A stretch of 63,740 nucleotides of DNA, filler included, from Lenisia limosa (lineage: Eukaryota; Protista; Breviatea), in the NCBI GenBank assembly GCA_001655205.1. It is 13 parts of 13 records of this genome, joined end to end, with 100 filler letters (N's around TTAATTAATTAA, not from the genome) between each part and the next. Parts side by side here need not be neighbours in the genome. Positions count along the whole stretch, not along the records: positions 8,968 to 12,461 come from LPNZ01004009.1; positions 12,562 to 26,765 come from LPNZ01010179.1; 11 more parts are not named here. One strand, written 5' to 3'. Every line of letters begins with the position of its first letter. Position 1 is the stretch's first letter. Shown here piece by piece: positions 9,208 to 21,009 of the stretch. A program made the position numbers and the translations under genes. The notes under the pieces were generated by a model. That model did no database searches and was not told where the DNA came from. It worked only from the letters and a program-made list of their open reading frames with translations.

Positions 9208-11079
9208 CTGGAAAGTATCATGCAGTTTCTGGCTGTCCTTGTTCCAGTCACGTGACAACATCAGAAAGTCACCGGACCACATAGCCCATCCGAAGCTGGG
9301 GGGAGGGGGGTAAATTTCGGTGAAGAATATTGGCGTTAAGATACTAATCACGAACCGAATAATCTGAAACTCCAAACAAAAAAACAAAAAAAAATACAAA
9401 GAGGGGGGTAAAATTGCAGACAAAAAACGGACAGATGGGAGGTAAAGTAGAAAATTTATGAAACAAAAAAAGCCCAAAATCAAGTTGCAGGTCGGCAAAG
9501 ACCCCCTCACAAAGGCACAAAAGACAGGGACTTCTTAGCAAAGAATCGGCAGGCTCCCATTCTGTTCTTACGATAGGCCAAGGAGAGAAGCGCGAAAATG
9601 TCCAACGCGTGTTGATGGTTGGACTATTTGGTGTCAAAAAATTGAGAAATTTTGAAATATTTAAAGGGGCACATAGCGATTAAAACCCACTCTCCGACAC
9701 TTTAATTTCGCAAAGTACAGATTACGTTTCTCATTTTTGATAAAAATATGGTTCACCGCGATAAGTCTTGATACGGATATTGAGATTAATATGTAGCTGA
9801 CCGTCCACACCATCACGCTTATATATCATACACAGTGACCGGGATGTCTTGCCCTATTTTCTTTGAGAATTATATCGAGAATTTATCAAGAAATTCAGTC
9901 TTTTTGGGACCATTTGGAAGCCCATATATTGGCGTGATGGACGGCTGACTACATTTAAAGCTCAATATCCAAAAAGGACTTATCCCACTCAATGTACACA
10001 TTTACATATTAATATATGATGTTTATATGCAATGTGTAGGTAGCGTGTATGATACTATTGGTCTTTTCGGGAACCGAAAGTGAAGCTCTAATAAATTCCC
10101 ATATCAACACGTCTTGGACAATCATGAATTGTTTTGGTTATAGTGGATTATACTGTAAATTAATTTTAAATTTTAAAATGGAAATTGAAACTATGAAACA
10201 AAAGGAGAAACTTGATGAATGTTGTTTTATAAGCTGAACCATTATTCCCCTCGGTCCTGTACCACTTTCCATGGCCTGAGAAGTCAACTCAGTTGATGGA
10301 ATAGTGGGGGAAAAAACGTGGATTTTTTAGTTGCAAGAATAAAANNNNNNNNNNNNNNNNNNNNNNNNNNNNNNNNNNNNNNNNNNNNNNNNNNNNNNNN
10401 NNNNNNNNNNNNNNNNNNNNNNNNNNNNNATAGATATCATATGATATGATGATATACAGTGATAAGTCCGGACAAGATAAAGCTCAGTATCTGTGTCAAG
10501 ACTTATCACGGTCACAAGACATAGATAATTTGCTCCGCTCACCATCATGAACACAGCAGGAAGGCTCTCAAGCTCCTCAAGGCCCCTGAAGCACATTTTG
10601 ACATTTCCTTCCCGCTCAATCCAGGAAATAAAGAAGGACTGGAATGTAAAATAATTCAAAAAATAAAATCAATGTATAGAAAATTATAATAAAACGTTTA
10701 AATTTTGATTAAAATTATTCACAATTCTACTCTGGATGTAACACTTAACTTAAATGAAAGACAATTGCAAATAATCACATTCTGTGTACTTATAACGACA
10801 ATTTACTTAACTGAATTATCCTGAGCATACTCTCCGATTCGATTACCGCTTTACATCGCCCAGTCCCATCCAGCCTACCCAAACAAGGTGCGAAAAATAG
10901 ATGTTGATTTGGACTTTGGTTTGATAGGAGTAGAAGTACTTGCCAATGCGGTTGTTAAATAAGATCGGGAGCGAGATCGGACCAACAACGAAAAACAGGA
11001 CAAACAAGGCCCAAACTCCTCTTAAATGATCAATAAAGGTTAGTTTAGGCGGTGGATTGAGAAACTGATGGGAAAGCAT
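9208..11079 (-). CDS. 1-acyl-sn-glycerol-3-phosphate acyltransferase (PlsC domain, AGPAT3/4-LCLAT1/plant LPAT2-like), 3' end lost at a linker
   Basis: Exons 11079-10879, 10638-10543, 9623-9511 and 9295-9208 give ...SFFISWIEREGNVKMCFRGL..AVFMMSNHQHALDIF..ACRFFAKKSLSFVPFFGWAMWSGDFLMLSRDWNKD. The NHQxxxD catalytic motif and the FxxKxSL..P..GW..W block are present. Confidence 0.9.
10455..10515. mobile_element. MITE-like family 2 copy in an LPAAT intron
   Basis: TACAGTGATAAGTCCGGAC...GTCAAGACTTATCACGGTCAC. Confidence 0.55.
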
Positions 11080-11650
11080 GGCTGGGGTTGTGGGTTGTGA
11101 ACAGCCACTGTTCAATTATCCTCCGAAACGCGTGAAAACTGTGTAACTTTACTGTGACGTTGTGTAGTTATGTAGGAGAGAGGCGGAAAGAGGGAAGAAT
11201 AAAAACAACAACAATCACCAAAGAGCTACCGGTACGGGTACGGGCTTTATCTCGAAATTTTTGATTTCAGCAAATAAATTAAACGGAATATCATCGTGCT
11301 ACTAGTTTATTGACATAACAGATTTTAGAGGGTTTTGAGATTTCTTGTTCAGCGAAAACCACAAATTTGTAAAAACTTCTTCAGTTTTTCCGTCTTAATA
11401 ACTAATAAAAGAATGGATTACTAAAGTACAACCTTGTTATACTGGAGGATCTTCGATGTAGCGCCAACAGTACCGAGATCAGAGTCTTTGTGTCACTTCA
11501 ATCAGGCCCTCCATCGCTTCACTGTGGGCTATTCTCCCGCAGGCAGAGTGGATTCATGAACTATGTTAACATTCCTCTTGATTGCACGGTTTTCAGAGGA
11601 TTTACGCCCTTACATCCCAAATCCCCAAATCAATTTGATCCTCTTTGCTG

Positions 11651-12430
11651 ATATTTGCAGGTGAAATGAAAGAAGAAACATCATTATTGACAACTTTGGC
11701 AGTGGGAGGGGTCCAGGTGCGATAGAAGGACCTTTCCCCTTCATGGAAGGCTGGGTTGGAAAATTCTGATAACTAATCAATCCTTTCACTCCTCTTTGAC
11801 AGCTCTTTCCATTGTAAAATTATTAAAGTATGTCTTCTGTTCTTTAGTTCTCTTTCAACCAACCTTTTGCTGATATTTCTGGCGATCTTCTCTTCTCGAA
11901 ATGATTATATCGTGATGGTGGACGGCTTCGGCCAACGTCCTTATTTTTTATTTCTCATTGCTTTTTATAGCCAGAAAGCTGTCTCACTGGTTCCTAATTT
12001 TTGTGATACTTTGTGTTTTCTCGGAGTTTGTGTCTCTTTTTTGTCTAAAACAGTATTTTACTTCCCCCCCCCCCTTGTGTACTAACGCAATAGAATGCTG
12101 AACTTCCACCAAACCCCTTACAACAACACTACCGGGGCGCCTTTGTCAAGAGCGGTCGCTGGTACTACCAAAAGGGGGCAATTTCCAATGACACGACCTC
12201 GTTTGCAGTCGTCGGCGTGGGGGGATATGCAATTATGTACTAAAGTCCTGACACTGATATTGAGCTTTAACTTTAGTCAATCATCTCAGGACTTTTCACA
12301 GTTAGTGTGCATATATATAAGCACTATGCAGTAATTTTAGACGATTCAGATTTTTTTTTTTTTTCAGAAAAGTGTCTGCATATTTGAGTGTAGATGCGTT
12401 TGGCATATGTTGATGGAGAGGGACGGGGTA
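11651..12430 (+). CDS. Putative exons of an unidentified gene
   Basis: Exon-like segments with acceptor and donor signals, e.g. 12093-12237 NAELPPNPLQQHYRGAFVKSGRWYYQKGAISNDTTSFAVVGVGGYAI. The full model is not resolved. Confidence 0.25.
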
Positions 12431-12780
12431 AATGGAATTGTAGGGATAAAGGGGGGGGGGGNNNNNNNNNNNNNNNNNNNNNNNNNNNNNNNNNNNNNNN
12501 NNNNNTTAATTAATTAANNNNNNNNNNNNNNNNNNNNNNNNNNNNNNNNNNNNNNNNNNNNAAAGCCCGGAGTAATGATGACGTAAAATATATTGATTAC
12601 ACATAATTATCTTTATAGTTATTGACCATTTAACAAACGTTTTGGGTTTTATCTTTATCAGACAACTCACCTGGCGGGAGAGGGAAGGAAAAGGGTTCAG
12701 AACGTAAGTAGGTACTTAGCCTAAACCTGGTCAAAAATCATCTCACACCTGAAATAGCTATTGCCTGTCAACTCTACCCC

Positions 12781-15012
12781 TCAATTCTCACACACCCCAT
12801 CCTTTAAGATGAGTAAACTTGCCCACCCTCCAAGACAGCCCAAGGCCTTCTCCAGGGGCAGACGATGATTGATCACTTTGCTGTTACTCAGTTCGGGTGA
12901 TACTTCCGCTGTAACAGGCCAAACACCAGCTTCTATCACTGCCGCTGCTCCTATGGGGGGGGGGAGTAAAACTGGACATTTATGAAACAAAAAAGCCCCC
13001 AAAAAAAATAAAAAATGGATGGCCCATGACAGACGAGGTCTGATAACAACAAAACAAAAGCCCGGGCCGTCGCTTCTGCAGCACCNNNNNNNNNNNNNNN
13101 NNNNNNNNNNNNNNNNNNNNNNNNNNNNNNNNNNNNNNNNNNNNNNNNNNNNNNNNNNNNNNNNNNNNNNNNNNNNNNNNNNNNNNNNNNNNNNNNNNNN
13201 NNNNNNNNNNNNNNNNNNNNNNNNNNNNNNNNNNNNNNNNNNNNNNNNNNNNGAATGATGAGTTGAGTTTATGCGTAGCAAAGCTTGATTGTAAGAACCT
13301 TTGCAGAAATGATCAGATTTTTTGAGTCAGACAAGTGCATTAACCATGTACCCATAATTATTCTTCATCGAAATTTCCTTCGTTTATTCCCCCCCTCTCC
13401 GCTGTCCCACCAAGTGGCTTGGGAAGGTCATTGAGAAGGGTATAGGCTGCAGCGTCATGTGCAGTTGCGACCACTTTACACCCAACATGGGTGGCGATAG
13501 TGGAAGCTATGTAGCCGTAGGGCTGAAGGTCAGACCACGCATTCGCAATGGATGAATACCAAAAAATCCGATAGGTTTCAGAAATATATACTCTGATATA
13601 CAATATTATATTATACCTATAAATAATACTATACTAGAAACAAATATTACATACCATACCGTCCTAAATTGAGTTTTCACAGTTCGCTTACCGACGCTGC
13701 TTGATCAAACACGACGGTTTGTCCCGGTTCGACATTACACTGGTACTGGAGGCAGGTATACGCTGACAATCATTGAAATGTTCGTAATGAGGATATATGC
13801 GTTACAGGATAATTATAGTAATAATAGCCCCCGCCCACCCCATACGCCAGCCCCTATCACGGCGGCGGCGNNNNNNNNNNNNNNNNNNNNNNNNNNNNNN
13901 NNNNNNNNNNNNNNNNNNNNCCGCTGGTAGCCGAACTACAGCGTCATTAAATGTTGAAGAGGGTAGCTGTGAAGAGGCAATTACAGGGCCATGTTAAAGA
14001 GACTGTGAAGAGGCAATTACAGGGCCATGTTGAAGAGGGTTTTTATTATCTCCCCTGTTTATATTTATGTCATCTTAGTGTTTTTAAGGATTTGATTGCT
14101 CAAAACAGAGAACTACAGAAAGAATCCACGAAAAGCACATTTTGAAAATATTTGTCCTTTCCGGTCTCATAAATTACTTAACAGTTACAACATTTACCCT
14201 CACCAGCACAACCTTGATGCAAGATTGCTTTCTACCCTCTCACCAGCACAACCTTGATGCAAGATTGCTTTCTCCGCACAACCACCAAAAGAAGAAGGTG
14301 AAATGATGCCTATTACCATAAGAAGAAAGGGAAATATCGTATATTGAACAAATACACTGTTTCAACGGGCGTTTAAAAGCTTTCACAAAACGCTTTAGGA
14401 TAGTATATGATATGATATTTCTAACATCACGTCACTAATCTCAGCAATCATTGCCTGAACACGAGCTTCAATCACCCACCTGCCACTTTGTCCCCTGGGT
14501 TGAAATCTGAGACGCCCTGTCCAATACTCTCCACGACTCCGGACACGTCATATCCGAGAGCGGGTGTGGGCGGTGGTGATGGACTGCGGGGGGATGGATG
14601 AACAGGGCCGTAACAGAATAAACTGCAAGGTTGGTATGTTGATTGGATTTGGTGTGAAAATTTGTTAATATCACATTAATCTATGGAAATAAAAAAGAAA
14701 CAAACCCAAAGATCCAATAATCACCCTCACTCCCATTTCTCCCAAACCCACTTTTTCCCGGTCGTGATCTGCGTCCACAATCCAGTTGAATAGAGAAGAT
14801 CATTCCGGGACAGGGCAACGCATTGTACAATGATGCGGATTTCGCCTCTACCAGGCTCCGGGACTGCTGCCTAAGGTTTGTCAGTAAAACAAAGATAATT
14901 GGAGGTTTATAGGGGAACGAGAGTGATATAGTAGGAGAGTTGAGCAGACATCTAGAGCGATTTCAATCCCACTGTCGTCGGCACCGAATGACTTTAATCT
15001 AACAGCCTTCAT
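12781..15012 (-). CDS. Medium-chain dehydrogenase/reductase-fold protein, quinone oxidoreductase-like (CRYZL1-like)
   Basis: Exons give MKAVRLKSFGADDSGIEIALDAAVPEPGRGEIRIIVQCVALSRNDL..PALGYDVSGVVESIGQGVSDFNPGDKVAG..AAAVIGAGVWAYTCLQYQCNVEPGQTVVFDQAASPYGYIASTIATHVGCKVVATA..VIEAGVW..LGCLGG. This has the GroES-like MDR N-domain and a degenerate nucleotide-binding loop. The 3' end is approximate. Confidence 0.8.
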
Positions 15013-15232
15013 TTTCACCCTAAGAGAAAGGTTTAGAGCTTTGGAAGAAACAGCTTAGTTCGGCGGCGTAGTCTTCACTAAATTGTTGTTCCCATTTTCC
15101 ATCAATATTTAAACGTATTTTATCAGCGTAAAGTCATAATATAGTTTAAAGAATATTAATTAAGCAATAATTCACATCAAAAGTGAATACTTAGCCTTCA
15201 AAGAAACAGAAACTGTGTATTTGAACGTCAAA
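15013..15232. promoter_or_regulatory. Short divergent intergenic region, candidate bidirectional promoter (similar at 33136-33433 and 42698-43033)
   Basis: Head-to-head start codons are only 220-340 bp apart. Promoter function is inferred. Confidence 0.4.
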
Positions 15233-18200
15233 ATGCTGTGGAATGTTTGTCTATTTCTATTACTTCTGAATTATGGAGGTAAATTGGGTGATTAAGACAT
15301 TCTTCATATTTGTGAATCCTCAGTATTCACCCCCTTTGCTCTCACTGGTATAATAACATTGAGTGCAATGACTAACAGACAGAACAAAGCATTTTCTAAT
15401 CTGGACTTTCTTCTACAGCTTCAACAGTGTTCACCGAATTCTTCTTTTTGACAACTTCCCTCTCGTAGAGCAATATTAAAGCTGTATTTAACGGAACTCT
15501 TTCCTTGACTGACTGAGTGATTTTGTCCTTTTTGATAATTATTTGATAAGCTTCATTGAAATTTCTTGTAAGAATTGTGAATTGACACTTGCCCTATTCA
15601 CCACCTCTCACAACCATTCTAATCTTGGTTTTACAATTCGTTGATACTATCACAATTTTTCAACAGTAATGTTGCAACCAACATATCATATGGGTCGTAA
15701 TGGTATGTCCCTCCCCTTTGTTGTGAATCACCAGCACCAGTGTTCGCGGTGGTAAGTGACGAAGACCCTTCTTCAAGTGAACCTGTCTTTGTCCCAATCA
15801 ATGTTGCTGGAACTTTCAAACAGGTCAGATTGCACGGGATTGCAAGGGCCATGTATCTGTGGTTTTTGTAAAACAGTAATAAACTTGACACCTTACGACT
15901 CAGGATATATGCACGTGTGATAAGGCTGTATGTGCAGGGTACTTTGACACGACCTATTTGGTAAGGCAATACGAGGGTACTTTGACAGAAGTTGGTCAGG
16001 CTTGTCGAGTCTAAAACAACAATCAAAAGCATTTCCACAATTTACAATTTGTTTTACATTTTCAGATTTCCCAAAGTGGAAATGACGCTATTTTCACCCC
16101 TGCCAACACTGAGGTCTTCCAAGTGGTCTGTGGATAGAGGCGTTCATTTTCAAAAAAGGATGTTTGTTTTTCTTGTATCAATAAAAAAATCTCTCATCAC
16201 TCACTGATTTTTTTGTACTCCTTAAGTGTAGTCCCTCTGAACGCTCTTTGATTGACTTATTCGCCACTTGCTCTATTTATTTTACCATCTCCGACATTTT
16301 CTTTGTTTATAATATCAGGCTACTGGTCGTTTCACAGCCGAACGAGCAATGGCCCTCGTGATGGACGGAATTTCCTGCACCGTTGAATTTGTCGATCTCA
16401 ACAGTGGTACACTGGTGGGCAGGGTGAACGTTTGTTTGTCGCTATTTAATCAAAGGGGGCTTTTTGGTTCACTTTGAGAATATGCGACATGATTTTGATA
16501 TAATTAGTCTACATTGCGTGGTTTTATCAAATCAAATCCTTTTTAAAATTCTATTTGTGAAATATTTTACAGTTTTTGTGAAGGGGAAATGACTTGACAG
16601 AGGGCCACAATGAGCTGCATTTATGAAGGCACCCATTGCAAGATCGAGTATTCAAGATATGACAACCGTGACAGTGAGGGGTGGGATCTAGTCATTATAC
16701 TGTAATAATGATTTCGTTCAGTGTATTCAGTAGATTATTGTCAAAGAAGCACCAAGCACAAACTCACATCTTGTGGCATTTGTTTCAAATTTTCTTCTTA
16801 AATTTGATTCATAATAACATAATCCTTTTTATTTGACTGAATAATTTTGATGTGTGTTTTAACAAGTGTAGAGTTCACCCCTCCCCAAATTGAGGGAGCA
16901 TATGTTCAAAAAGTCTGTGACTGTTCCTCTATCAGCTGCAATTCCGCCTTTGACACCACCTATCGAGCTGAACAGGTGGGGATGTCATCGTTTGGGTTGA
17001 AGGTTCGGCAAGTACTGAGAGGCTACCCGATTTCCAATGACATTACCCCTGTTATTTTGTAAATTAGACAAAGTGTTGGAAGCAATAGACGTAAAGAAAA
17101 TAGTAATGTTCCTCTGCTCTCAGATTATATAAAGACCTCTCGTCATTTGCTGTTACAAGTCACTGTTTTAGACAGGCAAAGACGTCATTTTCCGTCCCAC
17201 TGACACAAAAACCTTCTCAATGGTATGAAGGGCAATAGTACTCTTTTGTGAAGGAAAAATACTGTTACTCATATTGTTCAGGTAGAGTCCTAAAATAATT
17301 CCAATTTGAAATGGAGTAGTGTAAGGAAAACTTGATACATATTGCATACATGTACAAACCAAACTCCCTCGAGTTGAATGAAGACTGGTGCTTATCCTTT
17401 AGATTACTGCCTACTTCTTGTCACCAACTTCGCTCAAATTGACGGAACAAGGTTTGTGGAATTCCATCCTGATACCCTCATACTCAACATAGTAATAATT
17501 GGCTAACTTCATCTTTTCATTGGCTTGAATGGATATATTTTGGAACTTTCACAATTAAGACTATCCATTTCAGCACTCCATATCGTGATATTATCTACCT
17601 ATCCTTCACCGTAAATCCTTCACTGCCAAAGGAGCCGCGTGCAGTGCCAATCTTCAGGTTAAGGATGACGTTGTTTTCGCCGTCAACCTCGACTGTAACG
17701 TCATGGGCGTGAAGTGCACCGTGGTGTTCGAAGTGATCCCTGATTCAAACAGTAGGTATTGGTGAATACAAACTGTATAGCCTTATAAACCACAGTGATA
17801 TTGATTCTGGAGTTGAGAAAATGGTGACTCAAATGGCGACACCCTATTAGATTTGACCATTGCTAGTTAATCAGCCATTTATACAATATGCCATGAACAT
17901 TCACCAAGCCTCCATTATCATCTATATTAAACATTTACTAGGTTTATCCCAATATCCTCATATTTACAGGGGAATTCACCCCTGCCGAGATCAGTGGGCC
18001 CTGGGTAACCGAGCAATGTTCATGCAGTGGAATTGAGTGTGCGGATATCCTTGACGAGGATTCTGGTGGGAGGGAGCCTGGACCCTTTGGCTGTTAGAAA
18101 ATGCTACAAGTATCAATATATTATGCACATGAAACTACATAGTAAATGGAAACTCTGATATTTTCCAAATTTACCCACCACATCATCAGTCTGTGATTTC

Positions 18201-19885
18201 GACTAATGTATCACATCAGTCTTTGATTACGACTAAAAATGTGTCACATCAGTCTTTGATTACGATCCACAGAACTAACCTTCAAAATCACCGGGAAAGA
18301 CATTCTCATTGAACCTGAAGACACCGAGAAATACCCTATTGTAAGTTTCGGGAGATAGTAACTGTATGATTCCTCATTAAACTTTGTACTCATGTTTTTG
18401 TACTCATGTTTTGCCTAATATTATGATTTTAACTTCAGATAATATGGTCATTTAAACACTCATATCAGTTGATTGCTATAACGACAGCAAATCCATTTGG
18501 ATACTATATCATTTCATGCCACTAACAGCTCTGTGTGTTTATAATCATTGATATAATATAGTACATTATACCATATGCATATTCCACTTGCCATTTGTGA
18601 CACTTCAGTTTACAGGTGTATTCCATACCTCTGCGTTATTCCGTGCTGGTGAAGGCAATATATGGTGTCGGGGTGAATATCAGACAGAATCATCCAAAGT
18701 TGACCTGGGATGCGAGGTATGATGGGTACAAATCAGGGCTCCGTGCAATTAATTTTTGAGGAACTTAATTGACAAATTCAGAAATTAAAATGTCTGAAAA
18801 GGGGTTCTCGTTACAATATGTTTTATTTCAAAATTATTTTTTCAATTAATTACACGGAGCCGTAGTACAAATCGGCTTAAATATTTTGGCACTCATAAAC
18901 TATTTGCACATCTTAATGTAGTAGAACATCTAAAATGTGTAGTTTTGGAGAGATTGTTAACTTTTAGTATACAATTGAAATAGGACATCGCTCAATAGTC
19001 AAATTTCATCACTGTTGATTTTGATTTCCAGGTGTCACAACGAGCCACAGTAGCCCAATGCGAAATCTCCTTGATTCGCGAGAGTTCAGGTGAGACTGGA
19101 TTTGATTGACCTTGGTCTTTTCCATCTGGAATGGATTGAACCTGTCATGAACACCCATCAGCAAGACCATGCTACTTTTCAACTGTTATACGGTTTATCA
19201 AATATGAAAATCATTGGTCACAAATTCATCTATTACCCTCCTTCTCTCAGTGTAAAGGTGGGCAATGATATGTTCTTAACCATACCATTTCCATTTACCC
19301 TTTCTTCACCATCAAGTATCTTCCAACATCATGGGTCCTATGCTTGCCGTCTCTGTTACTGTTTTATGTCTATCTGCCATGGGCTTCTGCGCTTACCAGT
19401 GAGATCCAGGGGATATGCTCCAGCTTTTTGAAAAATAGCTGACGATTTAGATCGTACTATGGCAGATGGCAGGGACGCAGTTACAGCACGTTAACTAGTG
19501 GGAATGCGCACGGAGGGAGGGGTGAATACATAACTATGAAGGGGAAGAAGGAGGAAGGAGAAAGCTTATAAACCTAAACCAAATTATGATGACATTCTAT
19601 GTTTTGGCCTAAGATCTGAATGGCTGGTAAAAAAAACAACTATATATTTGAGTCACAGATAATAGTATTTGAAAGAAGCAAGTTGTTTCATTATTTTCGG
19701 TAACTATGACATTTTTTGATAGCATGAGGCAAACAATTCTTGTGTTTAAATCTCATTTATTACCAATTATGATAGAAATATTAACTGTCTTAGCCTCCGC
19801 AGCAGATGATGGCATGCATGACTCAAGAGCCCTCATGACACCTAGTGACGAAGATGATGAGCCTCCTACGCCTGCCCTTATTTAG
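15233..19885 (+). CDS. Type I membrane protein with signal peptide, three Cys-patterned repeats, one TM helix and an acidic tail
   Basis: N-terminus MLWNVCLFLLLLNYG; repeats near 15785-16110, 16872-17220 and 17970-18340; TM near 19330-19390 (IMGPMLAVSVTVLCLSAMGFCAY); last exon ASAADDG..DEDDEPPTPALI ending at TAG 19883-19885. The first few exons are not fully resolved. Confidence 0.75.
18736..18864. mobile_element. MITE-like family 3 copy (intronic)
   Basis: GGGCTCCGTGCAATTAATT...AATTAATTACACGGAGCCGTA, about 18-bp TIR. Confidence 0.75.
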
Positions 19886-21009
19886 TAATTACCACTTATA
19901 GAAGTTCTTTTTTTGATAATTTCATATTAATTTTCCTCTGCTCAATTGAGCTTGACAAATGACATAAGAAAACAGAATGAACATTAAATAACCCACGCAC
20001 GATTAGAATAAGAAAACAATAGAACATATTAACTATAGTACAACCTAGGGGCTTGTTTTGGCTTTGGACCACGACTTCTCCAGCTAAAACGTGATTAATA
20101 AGAAAATCTAAGTGATCTTCGAGTATTAGGCTGAAACGTGATCAATAAGAATAGGCTGAAACGATCAATAAGAATAAGCTGAAACGTGCTTTATAAAAAA
20201 GCTGACAAAATGAGAAATCACAATAAGCCGAATGACAAATCATACTCAGCTGAAATAATGAGAAAATAGAAATCCGAATATCAATGATAAATATGAATAA
20301 GGCTTCAGCCAATGCGCCTTGACTAAATTGGGCCCAATTCCAAATGCAGCACTATTTGAAATCGTACTATCCCAAGATGTCTTCTTGTTTTTGTTTTGTT
20401 TCAGCTTCAATTTGCAGTGTTCTGGGAGAATCACGTTGTTTTCCTTCTAGATGTGATTCTTATATTTTAGCGAAGTTGGTATTTCATGGTTCCTCTATTG
20501 ATGTAACCAAGATTGCTTAGTTGTTTGCTCTTCTTGTGAAATGAAGAGACAACTCTACTTAAGCTACCATCATTATATAATCCCGATGCTGGACCAAACA
20601 GCTCGGAGCAACTCCCAAGTACAACTACACTTCCAGGAACATGATACGTTTCAAATGTAAATTTGATTGCTCCGTATAGTGTACCTTCGCGTTATTTGTT
20701 TTTCTACGTATAGTGTACCTTCCTTTTCAGGTAAGTATGGTGGTAAACATTCGCGTAATCATGTCTACATCTATCCTTTCATCTACTTACCAAATTATAG
20801 AATCATTGAGTTTTGTCTTCTTAATATCTTATTGCGAAGATTAAAAGAAAAATACAAAAAAAAAATATGTTGATAATGCAAAACAGTTGTGATCATATGA
20901 AGATTCAACAAACCTCTCTTAAGTGCTCCATGTTAAGTTGCTCCAAGTAGAAGAGGTTGGTAAATGTGAAGTGGGAAAATGCCTGAAAGAAGGGTCAGTC
21001 GACATATAG

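Noticed and set aside
20246-20660. Possible CBM20-like or extra kinase exons (VPGSVVVLGSCSELFG)
   Set aside because: I could not build a phase-consistent model, and the similarity is too short.
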